NCBI GenBank assembly: GCA_965242925.1
Contig: CBDEUM010000030.1
Location: 160,001 to 224,000, forward strand
Reading direction: 5' to 3'
DNA length: 64,000 nt
Source of the DNA: Roseibacillus sp.
GTDB lineage: Bacteria; Verrucomicrobiota; Verrucomicrobiia; Verrucomicrobiales; Akkermansiaceae
Shown: positions 49,188 to 59,462 of the stretch, one piece after another
Layout: every line of letters begins with the position of its first letter
How positions within the stretch are numbered: position 1 is the stretch's first letter
The notes under the pieces: generated by a model
The model's input: only the letters and a program-made list of their open reading frames with translations
The model's database searches: none
What the model was told of the DNA's origin: nothing
Program-made: the position numbers and the translations under genes

Positions 49188-50695
49188 ATGAATACAATCG
49201 ACCTCATCTCACCTCTCGCTCAAGCCGGCAGCGGCGGCACCTTCCTGCTAATCGGGATTGTTTCCCTCATCGTTGTGGGCCTCGGAACGCTCGTTTTTTT
49301 CTTTTCACGATACAAGCGCTGTCCCTCGGACCGGATCCTCGTGATCTACGGTAAGACCAAGGGCGGAGGATCCTCCAAGTGTATCCATGGGGGGGCGGCA
49401 TTCGTTGTGCCCCTGTTCCAGGACTTCCAGTTTCTTGATCTCACCCCCATCCCCATTGACATCAAGCTCGAGGGGGCACTTTCCAAGCAGAACATCCGGG
49501 TCACTACCCCCTCCACCTTCACCGTCGGCATCTCCACTGAGCGGGCGTGATGGAGAACGCGGCCGAACGTCTATTGGGGCTCGACCTCAACCAGATCCGA
49601 CTCCTTGGGCAGGATATCATCTTCGGACAGATGCGGGTGGTCATTGCCACCATGGACATTGAGTCCATCAACGCCGACCGTGACCTCCTGATCGAGAAGA
49701 TCACCGCCGGGGTGGAGGTCGAACTGACCAAGATCGGCCTGGGCCTGATCAACGTGAATATCCAGGACGTTACCGACGAGTCCGGTTACATCGAGGCCCT
49801 TGGAAAGGAGGCCGCCGCGCGGGCCATCAATGAGGCCAAGATCAGTGTGGCCCAACAGGAGCGGGATGGTGAGATCGGTAAGAATAACGCCGAACGGGAG
49901 CAGCGCGTGCAGGTCGCTGCCGCCCAGGCAACGGCTGTCGAGGGGGAGAATGTCGCCAAGATCAAGGTGGCGCAATCGGACGCGGCTCGGCGCGAGCGGG
50001 AAGCCGAGGCGGAACGCCTGGCAGGAGCTGCCGAGAAGGTCAAGGCCGCTCAGGCCCTGGAGGAGGCTTACGGATCCGAGCAGAAGGCCGAGAGCGCCCG
50101 TGCCCTGCGGGAGAGGGCCACCCAGCATGCCAACATCGTGATCCCCGCCGAGATCGAGAAGTCCAAGATCGAAACCCTGGCCGAGGCTGAGGCCGAGCAA
50201 ACCCGTCGACTCAAGAAGGGCGAGGCCGACGGCATCCAGTTCGTGATGGAGGCCGAGGCCCGGGGAACCCTCGCCACCCTGCAGAGCAAGGCCCAGGGCT
50301 TCGGGGACATCGTCAAGGCTTCCGGAGGGGGAGCCGATGACGCCACCCTGCTCCTTGTCACCGAACAGTTGCCCGCCCTCATCGAGGAACAGGTGAAGGC
50401 CATTGCCAATCTCAAGATTGACTCCGTCACGGTGTGGGATTCGGGCGGAAAGGGAAAAAACGGGAAGAATGATACCGCGGAATTTGTCTCTGGTCTCGTG
50501 GGGGCATTACCCCCGTTGCATCAGCTCACCCGGAACGTTGGAATCGAGTTGCCTGAGTTCCTGGGCAAACTGACCGATAACCCCGACGAAGCAGCCCGGA
50601 TCATTAAGAAGGCCAAGCAGGTGCCGCCCCCGGAGGCCCCGTTAGAGGTGGTGGAGGACCGCACTGACGATGGGGAGACCCTCGAAACGGAATAA
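49188..50695 (+). CDS. Flotillin/SPFH family protein, split by an apparent 1-nt deletion near 49541
   Basis: RYKRCPSDRILVIYG...FTVGISTE in ORF 49188..49550 continues as VMENAAERLLG...EALGKEAAA in ORF 49547..50695. Confidence 0.85.
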
Positions 50696-50801
50696 GCGGG
50701 CACATCAGTTGCCCGCCCTGATTCCCCAGGCTGCAAACGGCTAAGCCGGGGTTGGGGAGCCCCCTTTTGGGATAAACGCCCAGGGGGGCACCCTCTTCCT
50801 T

Positions 50802-51809
50802 TCACTCCTCCCGGACCCGCCAGAACAACGCCGACCGGCTTTCCGCTTCGGCAGAAAGAATAATCCTGACCGGGGCCCCGGTTCCCTGCACACCGGACCG
50901 TCGTATTCGCCACCTCACCAGGTTCGGGGATTCCTCCACGAGGTAGAATTTGCCGGCCGCGGTGCTGAAGGTCAGGGAGATGCCTTCCAGAGACCCCAGA
51001 GGGGGAAAAATGGGACTGAGATTCAGGATCGAAAGCGCAGTGCGCACCGCGGGGGGATCGGGAAAATCCACCACGCTGTCCAGCCACTCGAGATACTGGG
51101 TCACCCGGGTCTGGTAATCGTAGGCCCCATACTGGCCAACCCTCACCCCCCTCGGACCGTCACCCCAGGAATTGAGTCCCGCGATATGGGACACCCCGTC
51201 GACCTCGATGAAGGCCGGTCCCCCGCTGTCGCCGGCCGCCCCCACGCCCTCCAGGGGGGTCACTCCCTTCTCCCCGGGACGCTCGAAGAGGATCTCAATG
51301 AAGTGCTCGTTGACCTGGCTCACGACGTTGGTGCACTTGCGCAGTTTGCCGTCATTGCTGGCCCCACGTTCTCCCCGCACCCCGGTTCCGCTATCACCCC
51401 GGCCAACGAGCGTGATGACCGATCCGGTCTCCTCCGGTCCTCGGTAAATTGGAAGGGGCGCGACTCCCTGCACTGGCTCCGAGAGGCGCACAAGGGCGAT
51501 GTCATACTCGTCCCGTCTCCGGTTCCACTGGGGGTGCAGGATCACTTCCGCCACCGTATACGCCACTCCATTGACCTGGAGCACCTTTCCCGCATTCACT
51601 TCCGCCGCACAGTGGGCCACGGTGAGGAGGTAGGACTCGTGGACGAGGGTGGCGGTGCAGTCTCCCCTCTCGATGAGATCCACGAGGGCCGGGTAGTCCG
51701 AGTCAGCAACAACGTAATCGGAATCGGGCAGATCATCGCGGATGATGATCCCCGACGCGGTCGGCAGGAAAAGTAACCACAGAGCCACCACTGCGAGGCC
51801 ACGGCTCAT
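50802..51809 (-). CDS. Secreted S1 (trypsin-like) serine protease with conserved C-terminal domain
   Basis: LTVAHC, DIALVRL and GDSGGP triad motifs; signal peptide. Confidence 0.9.
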   Translation of the reverse strand: MSRGLAVVALWLLFLPTASGIIIRDDLPDSDYVVADSDYPALVDLIERGDCTATLVHESYLLTVAHCAAEVNAGKVLQVNGVAYTVAEVILHPQWNRRRDEYDIALVRLSEPVQGVAPLPIYRGPEETGSVITLVGRGDSGTGVRGERGASNDGKLRKCTNVVSQVNEHFIEILFERPGEKGVTPLEGVGAAGDSGGPAFIEVDGVSHIAGLNSWGDGPRGVRVGQYGAYDYQTRVTQYLEWLDSVVDFPDPPAVRTALSILNLSPIFPPLGSLEGISLTFSTAAGKFYLVEESPNLVRWRIRRSGVQGTGAPVRIILSAEAESRSALFWRVREE

Positions 51810-51954
51810 GCCCCGTAAAGCTGAGTGCATGCCCAAGCTTGCTATGGAAACAAGGGAATTACCAGATCCGGGTTGCAGGGATGGAAAAGCCCGGAAGCTC
51901 CCTCCCGGACGAGACTTTCCCCCACGAATCCACGAAGCGTTGCGGGCAGGGTTC

Positions 51955-53460
51955 CTACTTCCTCCCGCACCTCTTGAGGATGGCCTTCACGAGGCCGGGG
52001 ATATCGCTTTCGGCGGCCTCAATCTCGGGCTCATGGCCCTGTTCGCGCAACTTACCACTGGTAACGGGACCGATGCTGGCGGCCTTGCAACCCTCCGGCC
52101 AGGGTAACCCGAGGGCAAAAAAGCTCTCCACCGTGGACCCGCTCGTGAAGGTGATCACATCGGCTCCGTCTTCGCTGAGACGCTCCACCGCCCCGGTGGG
52201 ATCCCCGCTCTCCGGAACGTTGCGATAGGCAATGCACTTGTCCACGATGGCCCCCTGCTTCATGAGCTCCTCGTAGAGGATATCCCGTGTTTCCTCCGCC
52301 TTCACCCACAGGACCGTCTGGCTATCGACGTGTTCCCTGCTGAAAGCCTCCACCAGGCCCTCCGCCACGAAGGTCTCGGGAAGCAGGTCAGTGGCGAAGC
52401 GATACTCCGCGATTTTCTTCGCCGTGCTCGGGCCGATCGCCGCAATCTTCGGCTTGCCGAAACTGCGGGCGTCGTCGTAGGCCGCAAAAAAGGCGTCAAA
52501 GAAGCGTTCCACCCCGTTGGGACTGGTAAAGACCACCCAGTCGTAGGTGTGCACGTCGGCAATCAGCCGGGAAAACTCCACCCGGTCCTCCGGCGGCTCG
52601 ATACGGATGGTCGGCAACTCGACCACATCCGCTCCCAGTTCCAGCAACCGCGCGCTCAACTCCCCGGCCTGCTCCCGGGTGCGGGTCACCACCACCCGCT
52701 GACCGAACAAGGGACGCGACTCAAACCAGTTGATCTTGGCCCGCTCCTTCACCACCTCTCCCAGGATGGCGACCGCCGGGGACTTGAACTGTTCCTTCTC
52801 CGCGATCTCCGCCATGGTGGCCAGCGTGCCCTCAATGGTGCGCTGCCGTCCGGTGGTGGCCCAGCGCGTCAGGGCCATGGGCGTCCCGGGATCGGCTCCG
52901 TGCTCGATCAAGGCAGCGGTAATCTCTGCCAACCGCGAGACCCCCATGAGAAAAACCCGGGTCCCGTCCGCCTCTGCCAGTTTACGATAGTCGAGACTGG
53001 TTTCCTCCTTGGTCGGATCCTCGTGGCCGGTGAAGATGGTGAGCTGAGAGCAGTGATCGCGGTGAGTGACCGGAATCCCCGCATAAGCGGCCCCGCCAAT
53101 CGCCGAGGAAATTCCCGGCACGATCTCGAAGGGCACCCCCGCCTCAGCCAGTTCGGCAGCCTCTTCCCCTCCCCGCCCGAAGATCATGGGATCCCCTCCC
53201 TTCAGGCGCACCACCGTTTTCCCTTCCTTCGCCTTTTCCACGATCAGGGCGTTGATTCCCTCCTGGGGGAGGGCGTGATCCGCTGCGCGCTTGCCCGCAA
53301 AAATCTTCTCGCACCCCTTGGGCAGCCAGTGAAGGAACTCTGCACTGCTGAGGGCATCGTAGATGAGCACGTCCGCCTTCACGAGACACTCCCGTCCCTT
53401 CACGGTCAGCAGGCCGGGATCCCCCGGCCCAGCCCCTACGAGGTAACATTTTCCAGTCAT
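51955..53460 (-). CDS. cobA: Uroporphyrinogen-III C-methyltransferase / synthase fusion (CobA-HemD)
   Basis: LVGAGPGDPGLLT, RLKGGDPMIFGRGGEE; HemD part VVVTRTREQA, FTSPNGV, ASIGPVT. Confidence 0.95.
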   Translation of the reverse strand: MTGKCYLVGAGPGDPGLLTVKGRECLVKADVLIYDALSSAEFLHWLPKGCEKIFAGKRAADHALPQEGINALIVEKAKEGKTVVRLKGGDPMIFGRGGEEAAELAEAGVPFEIVPGISSAIGGAAYAGIPVTHRDHCSQLTIFTGHEDPTKEETSLDYRKLAEADGTRVFLMGVSRLAEITAALIEHGADPGTPMALTRWATTGRQRTIEGTLATMAEIAEKEQFKSPAVAILGEVVKERAKINWFESRPLFGQRVVVTRTREQAGELSARLLELGADVVELPTIRIEPPEDRVEFSRLIADVHTYDWVVFTSPNGVERFFDAFFAAYDDARSFGKPKIAAIGPSTAKKIAEYRFATDLLPETFVAEGLVEAFSREHVDSQTVLWVKAEETRDILYEELMKQGAIVDKCIAYRNVPESGDPTGAVERLSEDGADVITFTSGSTVESFFALGLPWPEGCKAASIGPVTSGKLREQGHEPEIEAAESDIPGLVKAILKRCGRK

Positions 53461-54458
53461 TGATTTTTCCTTCTAGGTTCACCGCCGCGTGCCAGTCCTG
53501 CCAATAATCTTGCTGCCAACCCCTCGCTGTCCTCCCCCTCTCCGGACACCTCGCCCACAAGGGGCTCCGGTTCATCATCCTCGAATACCACCGCCCGCAG
53601 GAGGAGATTACCAGTCCCCCCGCCCTCGTCATCCTTTCTTATCATCGTCCCATTCACTCCCACCGGGGTGTCACACCCGGCCCCCAGCAGAGCGAGAAAA
53701 CTACGTTCCGCCCGCACGGTCAACATGGACTCTGTATCGTTCACTGCTTCGCACGTCGAGAGTGCCCCGTCATCACCAGCCCGGATTTCAAGGGCCACCG
53801 CTCCCTGCCCCCCCGCAGGCACAAAGCTCTTTTCATCCAGTTCCTCGGCGTAGGCCTCCTTCCCCTCACTTGCCACCAGTCCGTCCCCCAGCAATCCAAG
53901 CCGGGCCAATCCCGCCTGGGCCAGCAGGAGTCCGTCAATCTCCCCGGACTCGTGCAACTTGCGGATCCTCGTGGGGACATTCCCCCGGATATCAACCACC
54001 TGCAGGTCCGGGCGCAGGGACTCTAACAGGCGGCGGCGGCGCACGGAACTGGTGGCCACCGTTGCGCCCTTGCGCAAACCACCCAGGCCTCCCTCTTCCG
54101 TTGTAACAAGAACATCCCGCACCGCGGCCCGGGGCAGGACCGCCGCGATGGCAAAGTCTTCCTCCAGCACACTGGGAACGTCCTTCAGGCTATGCACCGC
54201 CACATCGATCTCGCCCGCCTCCAGGGCCAGTTCAAGCTCCTTGATAAAGATCCCCTTGTCCACCTGCGCAACCTGGGCCACCTCGCTGAGGGGAACATCC
54301 GTCCGCTGGTCCCCGGTGGTCTTGATGATCCGGCGCTCGATCTCAAGTCCGGGCCAGGCCCCCCGCAGGGCCTCCTCGACCATGCCGGCCTGGACCAGGG
54401 CAAGGGCACTGCCCCGCGTTCCCAGCACGATCCTTCCCTGCCCTGCCTTCTCACTCAC
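53457..54458 (-). CDS. hemC: Hydroxymethylbilane synthase
   Basis: LGTRGSALALVQ, AVHSLKDVP, IRGNVPTRI and LGAGCDTP motifs. Confidence 0.96.
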   Translation of the reverse strand: MSEKAGQGRIVLGTRGSALALVQAGMVEEALRGAWPGLEIERRIIKTTGDQRTDVPLSEVAQVAQVDKGIFIKELELALEAGEIDVAVHSLKDVPSVLEEDFAIAAVLPRAAVRDVLVTTEEGGLGGLRKGATVATSSVRRRRLLESLRPDLQVVDIRGNVPTRIRKLHESGEIDGLLLAQAGLARLGLLGDGLVASEGKEAYAEELDEKSFVPAGGQGAVALEIRAGDDGALSTCEAVNDTESMLTVRAERSFLALLGAGCDTPVGVNGTMIRKDDEGGGTGNLLLRAVVFEDDEPEPLVGEVSGEGEDSEGLAARLLAGLARGGEPRRKNQ

Positions 54459-55462
54459 GATTCAAATAATCCACTCTCGACCAGTTCCTGGTCAATGATG
54501 CTCTCGCAAAGCTTGATCTGTTCCTCCCGCTGGCCCTTGGCCTCCAGCGCGATCTCCTTCAGGGTATCGATATCGTAGAGATAGACCTCCTCGATCTCTC
54601 CCACTTCCGGTTCAATGTCGCGCGGAACCGCAATGTCGATCAGGAACAACGGCCGGTAGCGACGTTGGCGGCGCACCGCCTCCACGTGACTTCGATCCAT
54701 CACCGCGTGTGGGGCCCCGGTGGAGGATATGACCACGTCCACCTCCTGCAACACGTCCTGCCAGTCGTCGAAACGCACGGCCTCGCCGGCCAGCTCCTCG
54801 GCCAGCTCCTCGGCCCGCTCGGACGAACGGTTTGTCACAAAGATGCTGCGTGCGCCCCGCGACAGCAGACTCCGGGCGGTGGTGCGGCTCATTTCCCCCG
54901 CCCCGATCACCATCACCCGGCTGTTACGTAGATGGCCGAAGATCTTTTCGGCGAGGTCAACCGCCACGCTCCCCACCGAGGTCTGCCCTTCCTGGATCCC
55001 GGTGTGGGTCCGCACCTTCTTCCCGATCCCGAAGGCCTTCTGGAAAAGCTTGTTCAGGGTCCGCGAGGTCGTCCCGCTCTTCAGGGCCACCTGGTAGGCT
55101 TTCTTGACCTGTCCGAAAATCTCGGTCTCCCCCAGCACCATCGAATCAATCCCTGAAACCACGCGGCAGAGGTGCCGGGCCGCTTCTGCCCGATTCTTCT
55201 CATAGAGATGTTCCGTCCTCAGGGCCTCCCCGGCGTGCGCCTGCAGGAAGGAACGCAGATGATCACTCGCCCTCCCGCAGTCCTCCACCGCTGCATAATA
55301 CTCCGTCCGGTTGCAGGTGGAGAGCACCACGCTCTCCTCGATCCCTTCAACCTCGCAGATCCTCACCGCTTCTTCCCCGAGCTTGCTCTCCGATACCGCA
55401 AAGAGCTCCCGTATCTCCACGGGAGCAGTCTGGTGATTGAGACCAAGACAGACGATGTCCAT
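54455..55462 (-). CDS. hemA: Glutamyl-tRNA reductase (short form)
   Basis: GLNHQTAPVEIRE, LSTCNRTE, GETEIFGQVK, IGAGEM and DIAVPRDIE motifs. Confidence 0.95.
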   Translation of the reverse strand: MDIVCLGLNHQTAPVEIRELFAVSESKLGEEAVRICEVEGIEESVVLSTCNRTEYYAAVEDCGRASDHLRSFLQAHAGEALRTEHLYEKNRAEAARHLCRVVSGIDSMVLGETEIFGQVKKAYQVALKSGTTSRTLNKLFQKAFGIGKKVRTHTGIQEGQTSVGSVAVDLAEKIFGHLRNSRVMVIGAGEMSRTTARSLLSRGARSIFVTNRSSERAEELAEELAGEAVRFDDWQDVLQEVDVVISSTGAPHAVMDRSHVEAVRRQRRYRPLFLIDIAVPRDIEPEVGEIEEVYLYDIDTLKEIALEAKGQREEQIKLCESIIDQELVESGLFES

Positions 55463-55467
55463 TTTCC

Positions 55468-56235
55468 TTAGACGAACGCGAAGACGAGCAGGGAGAGCAC
55501 GAAGAGGACAATCACACTGCCCGAGAGGCGCCGGGGCGTGATCCCACGCCAGAAGTGCAGGCCGATCACAACGAGATAAGCCAGCCAGGTCACCACCGCG
55601 GCCACGAGGTGCGTCCCATAGGCGCTCTCCCGTTCCATCATGAAGGCGGCCACGATTCCCACCGTGAGGATGCCTGCTCCCAGCGTGGTGAGCCGCACCA
55701 CCGAATCCAACAGCGAGCGCACCGGAGGCAGGTTCCGGAAAAGGGATGAACCCAGCTGGTGCTTCTTGAGCTTCTTGTTGAGCACGAGGAACATCAGGGC
55801 CGCCACCGCCGCCAGCGCAAAGGCCCCGTAGGAGAGAACTGAAAACGCTGCGTGCGACTCGCCCCAGGGATCCACTTCCTCAACCGCCACCGGATGGCGA
55901 TCCATCACCCCCGGCACGAGGGCCACCACCTGGAAAATCGCCACCACGGGTGCGGTAAAGAGTCCGAGGAGGGAGATCCGGTAAGCCGGCCCCACCACGA
56001 GGTAGAAGAGGACCAGCGACCAGGCCAGGAAGGCGAGGATTTCTCCATAATCTCCCAGTGGGCACTTGCCCCGCAATTCGCCCCGTATTCCAAGCACCCC
56101 GAGCTGGCAGAGAAAGGCCAGGAGCATGCAGACAACCGTTCCCCGGTTTCGCGTCCCCGCCCGGACGGACCGCACCCCCAGTGCCCCGCCCAGAACGACG
56201 AGCGCCGTTGCCGCCACCAAAAGCCACTGCGCCAT
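55468..56235 (-). CDS. Cytochrome c assembly (CcsA/HemX-like) membrane protein
   Basis: About 8 TMs with HAAFSVLSYG; first gene of the hem operon. Confidence 0.8.
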   Translation of the reverse strand: MAQWLLVAATALVVLGGALGVRSVRAGTRNRGTVVCMLLAFLCQLGVLGIRGELRGKCPLGDYGEILAFLAWSLVLFYLVVGPAYRISLLGLFTAPVVAIFQVVALVPGVMDRHPVAVEEVDPWGESHAAFSVLSYGAFALAAVAALMFLVLNKKLKKHQLGSSLFRNLPPVRSLLDSVVRLTTLGAGILTVGIVAAFMMERESAYGTHLVAAVVTWLAYLVVIGLHFWRGITPRRLSGSVIVLFVLSLLVFAFV

Positions 56236-56484
56236 GGCCTTTCCATGCTCCCCGACACCTCTTCATGCAAGTGAAACCTCCGTGCTTGCAGAGTAATTTT
56301 GTCAGCCCTGAAACCGGTCCGTGCTCCATCCGAATCCAACCCTTCCGTGAAATCACGAACCGGGATGCCAACCAGACCCCCTGTTTCCAAGGCAATCTCC
56401 ACTCCGGAGGAGGCCGTTCGTTATCGGAGCAACCCTTGAAAATTTGTCTGTCCCCTCCCCCCCCCAGCGAGCTAAGCAAACTCC

Positions 56485-57009
56485 ATGTCCGACGCCGAAA
56501 CTCTGCGCTCTGCACTTCGCGATATCCCCGATTTCCCGAAACCAGGGATCATCTTCAAGGACATCACTCCCATCCTCGGGAACGGCGAACTATTCCAGAC
56601 CTCCATCCGACTGCTGGCGGAAACCGCCAGGGATGCAGCAATCGACAAGGTGGTGGGCATCGATGCCCGCGGCTTCATTTTCGCGGCAGCGGTAGCGGAT
56701 CGCCTCAAGGCCGGCTTTGTGCCCATCCGCAAGAAGGGGAAACTGCCCTGGAAAACCCGGGAGGCCAGCTACACCCTCGAATACGGCGAAGCCGTGATGG
56801 AAATCCACCAGGACGCGGTGAATCCCGGTGAGAAAATCCTGCTGGTGGACGATCTCCTCGCCACCGGCGGCACTGCAGCCGCGGCAGTCCGGCTCCTTAA
56901 CCAGGCGGAGGCGGAAATCGTTTCCGTTTCCTTCCTTATTGAACTGACCTTCCTGGAGGGACGGGCCAAGCTGGGCGATCACGCCATTTCCTCCGTGTTA
57001 TCCTACTAG
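56485..57009 (+). CDS. apt: Adenine phosphoribosyltransferase
   Basis: IPDFPKPGIIFKDIT, ARGF, RKKGKLP and VDDLLATGGT motifs. Confidence 0.97.
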   Translation: MSDAETLRSALRDIPDFPKPGIIFKDITPILGNGELFQTSIRLLAETARDAAIDKVVGIDARGFIFAAAVADRLKAGFVPIRKKGKLPWKTREASYTLEYGEAVMEIHQDAVNPGEKILLVDDLLATGGTAAAAVRLLNQAEAEIVSVSFLIELTFLEGRAKLGDHAISSVLSY

Positions 57010-57092
57010 CGGGAAGGAAAAGCCCCGGAAAGACCGCACCCCGAGGTGTTTTTCCCGATAGCGCTTCTGCCTGAGTCGCGTTAGCCTGAATC

Positions 57093-59351
57093 ATGCGGCG
57101 ATTCTCTGTCTCCCTATTCTCTCTGGCCTGCACCCTGTCCGCTGCGCTCTGCCAGGACCTTCCCGAACCGGACAAGGAACCACCCGGCGAGGGAGCCAAA
57201 GAGTCCTCCACGCCCGGGGAAACCGAAACCACTCCGGACCAGACGGCCCAGTCCGTGGAGGAGTTGGCTCGCCTGGCACGTCGTTCTGCAGTGGTTATCC
57301 GCCATGGTGGGCGCACCGGGGGAGAGGGCGGCACCGGAAGCGGCTTCGTGATCTCTGAGCAGGGCCTGATCGCAACCTGCGCCCATGTCATCGGGGAGTC
57401 CCGCCCGCTCACCGTTCATTTTGATGACGGATCCGAGCACAAGGTCACCAGCATCCATGCCTGGGATGCCAAGCTCGATCTCGCCGTCCTGCAGATCGAC
57501 TGCGGCGACAAGACGCTCATGCCAATCAGGCTGGCGGAAGCCAACTCCATCACCCAGGGTGCCGAGGTGGTAGCCATGGGCGCGCCACACGGCCTTGAGT
57601 TCAGCGTGGTAAGAGGCGTCCTCTCTGCCCTGCGGGAGTTCGACGGGCGCGCACTGCTCCAGGTTGCCATCCCGGTGGAACCCGGGAACAGTGGCGGCCC
57701 CCTTCTCGATCGTGATGGACGGGTGCACGGCCTGCTCACCATGAAATCGGCGGTCACTGATAACCTCGGCTTCGCCGTTCCGGTAGAAGCCCTTCACCGG
57801 CTTCTGGAAAAACCCAACACCGTCCCGATGGAGAAGTGGCTCACCATCGGCAAGCTCGATCCAAAGCGTTGGAATACCCTCATGGGATCAAATTGGAAGC
57901 AGCGGGCCGGCCGCATCACGGTCGACAATCCGGGTGACGGCTTTGGCGGACGAAGCCTCTGCCTTTCCCTGCGCGAAGTGCCCGAAATCCCATACGAGGT
58001 AGCAGTCGAGGTCCTCCTTGACGACGAGGCCGGAGCGGCCGGGCTCGCCTTCGAATCAGATGGTGCGGACCGGCACTACGGATTCTACCCCAGTGGCGGA
58101 GGTCTCCGTCTCACCCGTTTCGATGGGCCTGATGTCTTCACCTGGAATATCCTCCAGCAACTCCAGAGCGATGCCTACCAACCAGGCGAGTGGAATCGGC
58201 TGCGCGTGCGAGTGGAAGAAAAGAAAATCACCTGCTTCGTCAATGGGGAGAAGGCAGTCGAACTGGAAGACGGCAATCTTCGTGGCGGACGGGTGGGGCT
58301 GACCAAGTTCCGCCAGACCGAGGCAACGTTCCGTGGCTTCCGACTGGGACCCGATCTCGCGAAGGAGAATGCAGCACCTGATCTGATCGCCAGGATCGAA
58401 AAGCAGATTGGCCGACTCAAACGAAACCCGGGAAATGAAAAAGCCCTCGAACAACTGAGCCAGGCCCCTGCCCTCGCCCGCCCCCTTCTCAAGCGCGAAG
58501 TGGAATCCCTGCGGGCCCAGGCCGATGCCCTCGAGGAGCAATCCCGTGCCATCCATCGACGAGCGATTGCGGATGAAATCACCAGGACGCTGGCCGGCGA
58601 CGAGGGCGACCGCGTCTTCCGGGCGGGACTCCTGATCGCCCGCCTCGACAACACTGAAATCCGGGTAGACGACTACCTTGAGGAAGTTGATCGCATGGCA
58701 TCCGAGATCGAGGCCCGCATTCCCGGGCAGGCCGGGATCACCGAGAAGGTCGAAGCGGTCGCGACCTATCTTTTCAAGGACAACGGTTTTCACGGGAGCC
58801 GAAGCGACTACTACAATCGCTCCAACAGCTACCTGAACGAAGTGATCGATGATCGTGAAGGCATACCCATCACCCTTTCCCTTCTTTTTGTCGAACTGGC
58901 ACGACGGGTGGGCGTAGAGATGCACGGACTGGGCCTGCCCGGCCATTTCGCAGCCTGTTACGAAGCAGATGGAAAGCGTATCATCATTGACCCCTTCGAG
59001 GGCGGCGTAACCATGAGCACGGAGGACGCCGACGCTCTCCTCTTCAATGCCGGAATTGAAGGCACCGCAGCCGGGATGGAAGTGGCCAGACCCAAAGAGA
59101 TTGCAACCCGGATGCTTCGCAACCTCCAGTCTATCGCAATCGAGGAGAAGGAGTTCTCCGACGCCCTGAGCTATGTTGGCATCATCATGAACCTCAATCC
59201 CGACTCATCGCAGGACCGACTGAACCGCGCCCTCCTCAATCTGCAGGTTGGAAACACCGAGCAAGCCAAACCGGATCTCCAGTGGATCCTTGATAACGAA
59301 CCGGAGGGCATCCACCTGGGAAGGATCAGGGATCTGTTCGACCGCCTGTAA
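57093..59351 (+). CDS. Secreted trypsin-like peptidase fused to DUF1080-like, SirB1/transglutaminase-like and TPR domains
   Basis: GSGFVI, TCAHV, DLAVL, GNSGGP; GEWNRLRV; NSYLNEVIDDREGIPITLS, GLPGHF, RMLRNL. Confidence 0.85.
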   Translation: MRRFSVSLFSLACTLSAALCQDLPEPDKEPPGEGAKESSTPGETETTPDQTAQSVEELARLARRSAVVIRHGGRTGGEGGTGSGFVISEQGLIATCAHVIGESRPLTVHFDDGSEHKVTSIHAWDAKLDLAVLQIDCGDKTLMPIRLAEANSITQGAEVVAMGAPHGLEFSVVRGVLSALREFDGRALLQVAIPVEPGNSGGPLLDRDGRVHGLLTMKSAVTDNLGFAVPVEALHRLLEKPNTVPMEKWLTIGKLDPKRWNTLMGSNWKQRAGRITVDNPGDGFGGRSLCLSLREVPEIPYEVAVEVLLDDEAGAAGLAFESDGADRHYGFYPSGGGLRLTRFDGPDVFTWNILQQLQSDAYQPGEWNRLRVRVEEKKITCFVNGEKAVELEDGNLRGGRVGLTKFRQTEATFRGFRLGPDLAKENAAPDLIARIEKQIGRLKRNPGNEKALEQLSQAPALARPLLKREVESLRAQADALEEQSRAIHRRAIADEITRTLAGDEGDRVFRAGLLIARLDNTEIRVDDYLEEVDRMASEIEARIPGQAGITEKVEAVATYLFKDNGFHGSRSDYYNRSNSYLNEVIDDREGIPITLSLLFVELARRVGVEMHGLGLPGHFAACYEADGKRIIIDPFEGGVTMSTEDADALLFNAGIEGTAAGMEVARPKEIATRMLRNLQSIAIEEKEFSDALSYVGIIMNLNPDSSQDRLNRALLNLQVGNTEQAKPDLQWILDNEPEGIHLGRIRDLFDRL

Positions 59352-59462
59352 ATCCGGAGCCCCCCCCGCACGGCTCCAATCGTCCCTCCTTCATCCCGGC
59401 AGGCCCTCCAACCCCTCATTCGCGACCTTTCCATCTTCCCTCCCTTCCCCCACACTGTCCCC

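Noticed and set aside
54455..55462. Truncated hemA pseudogene
   Set aside because: Catalytic and NADPH-binding motifs are intact and the stop overlaps the hemC start; short HemA forms occur in PVC bacteria.
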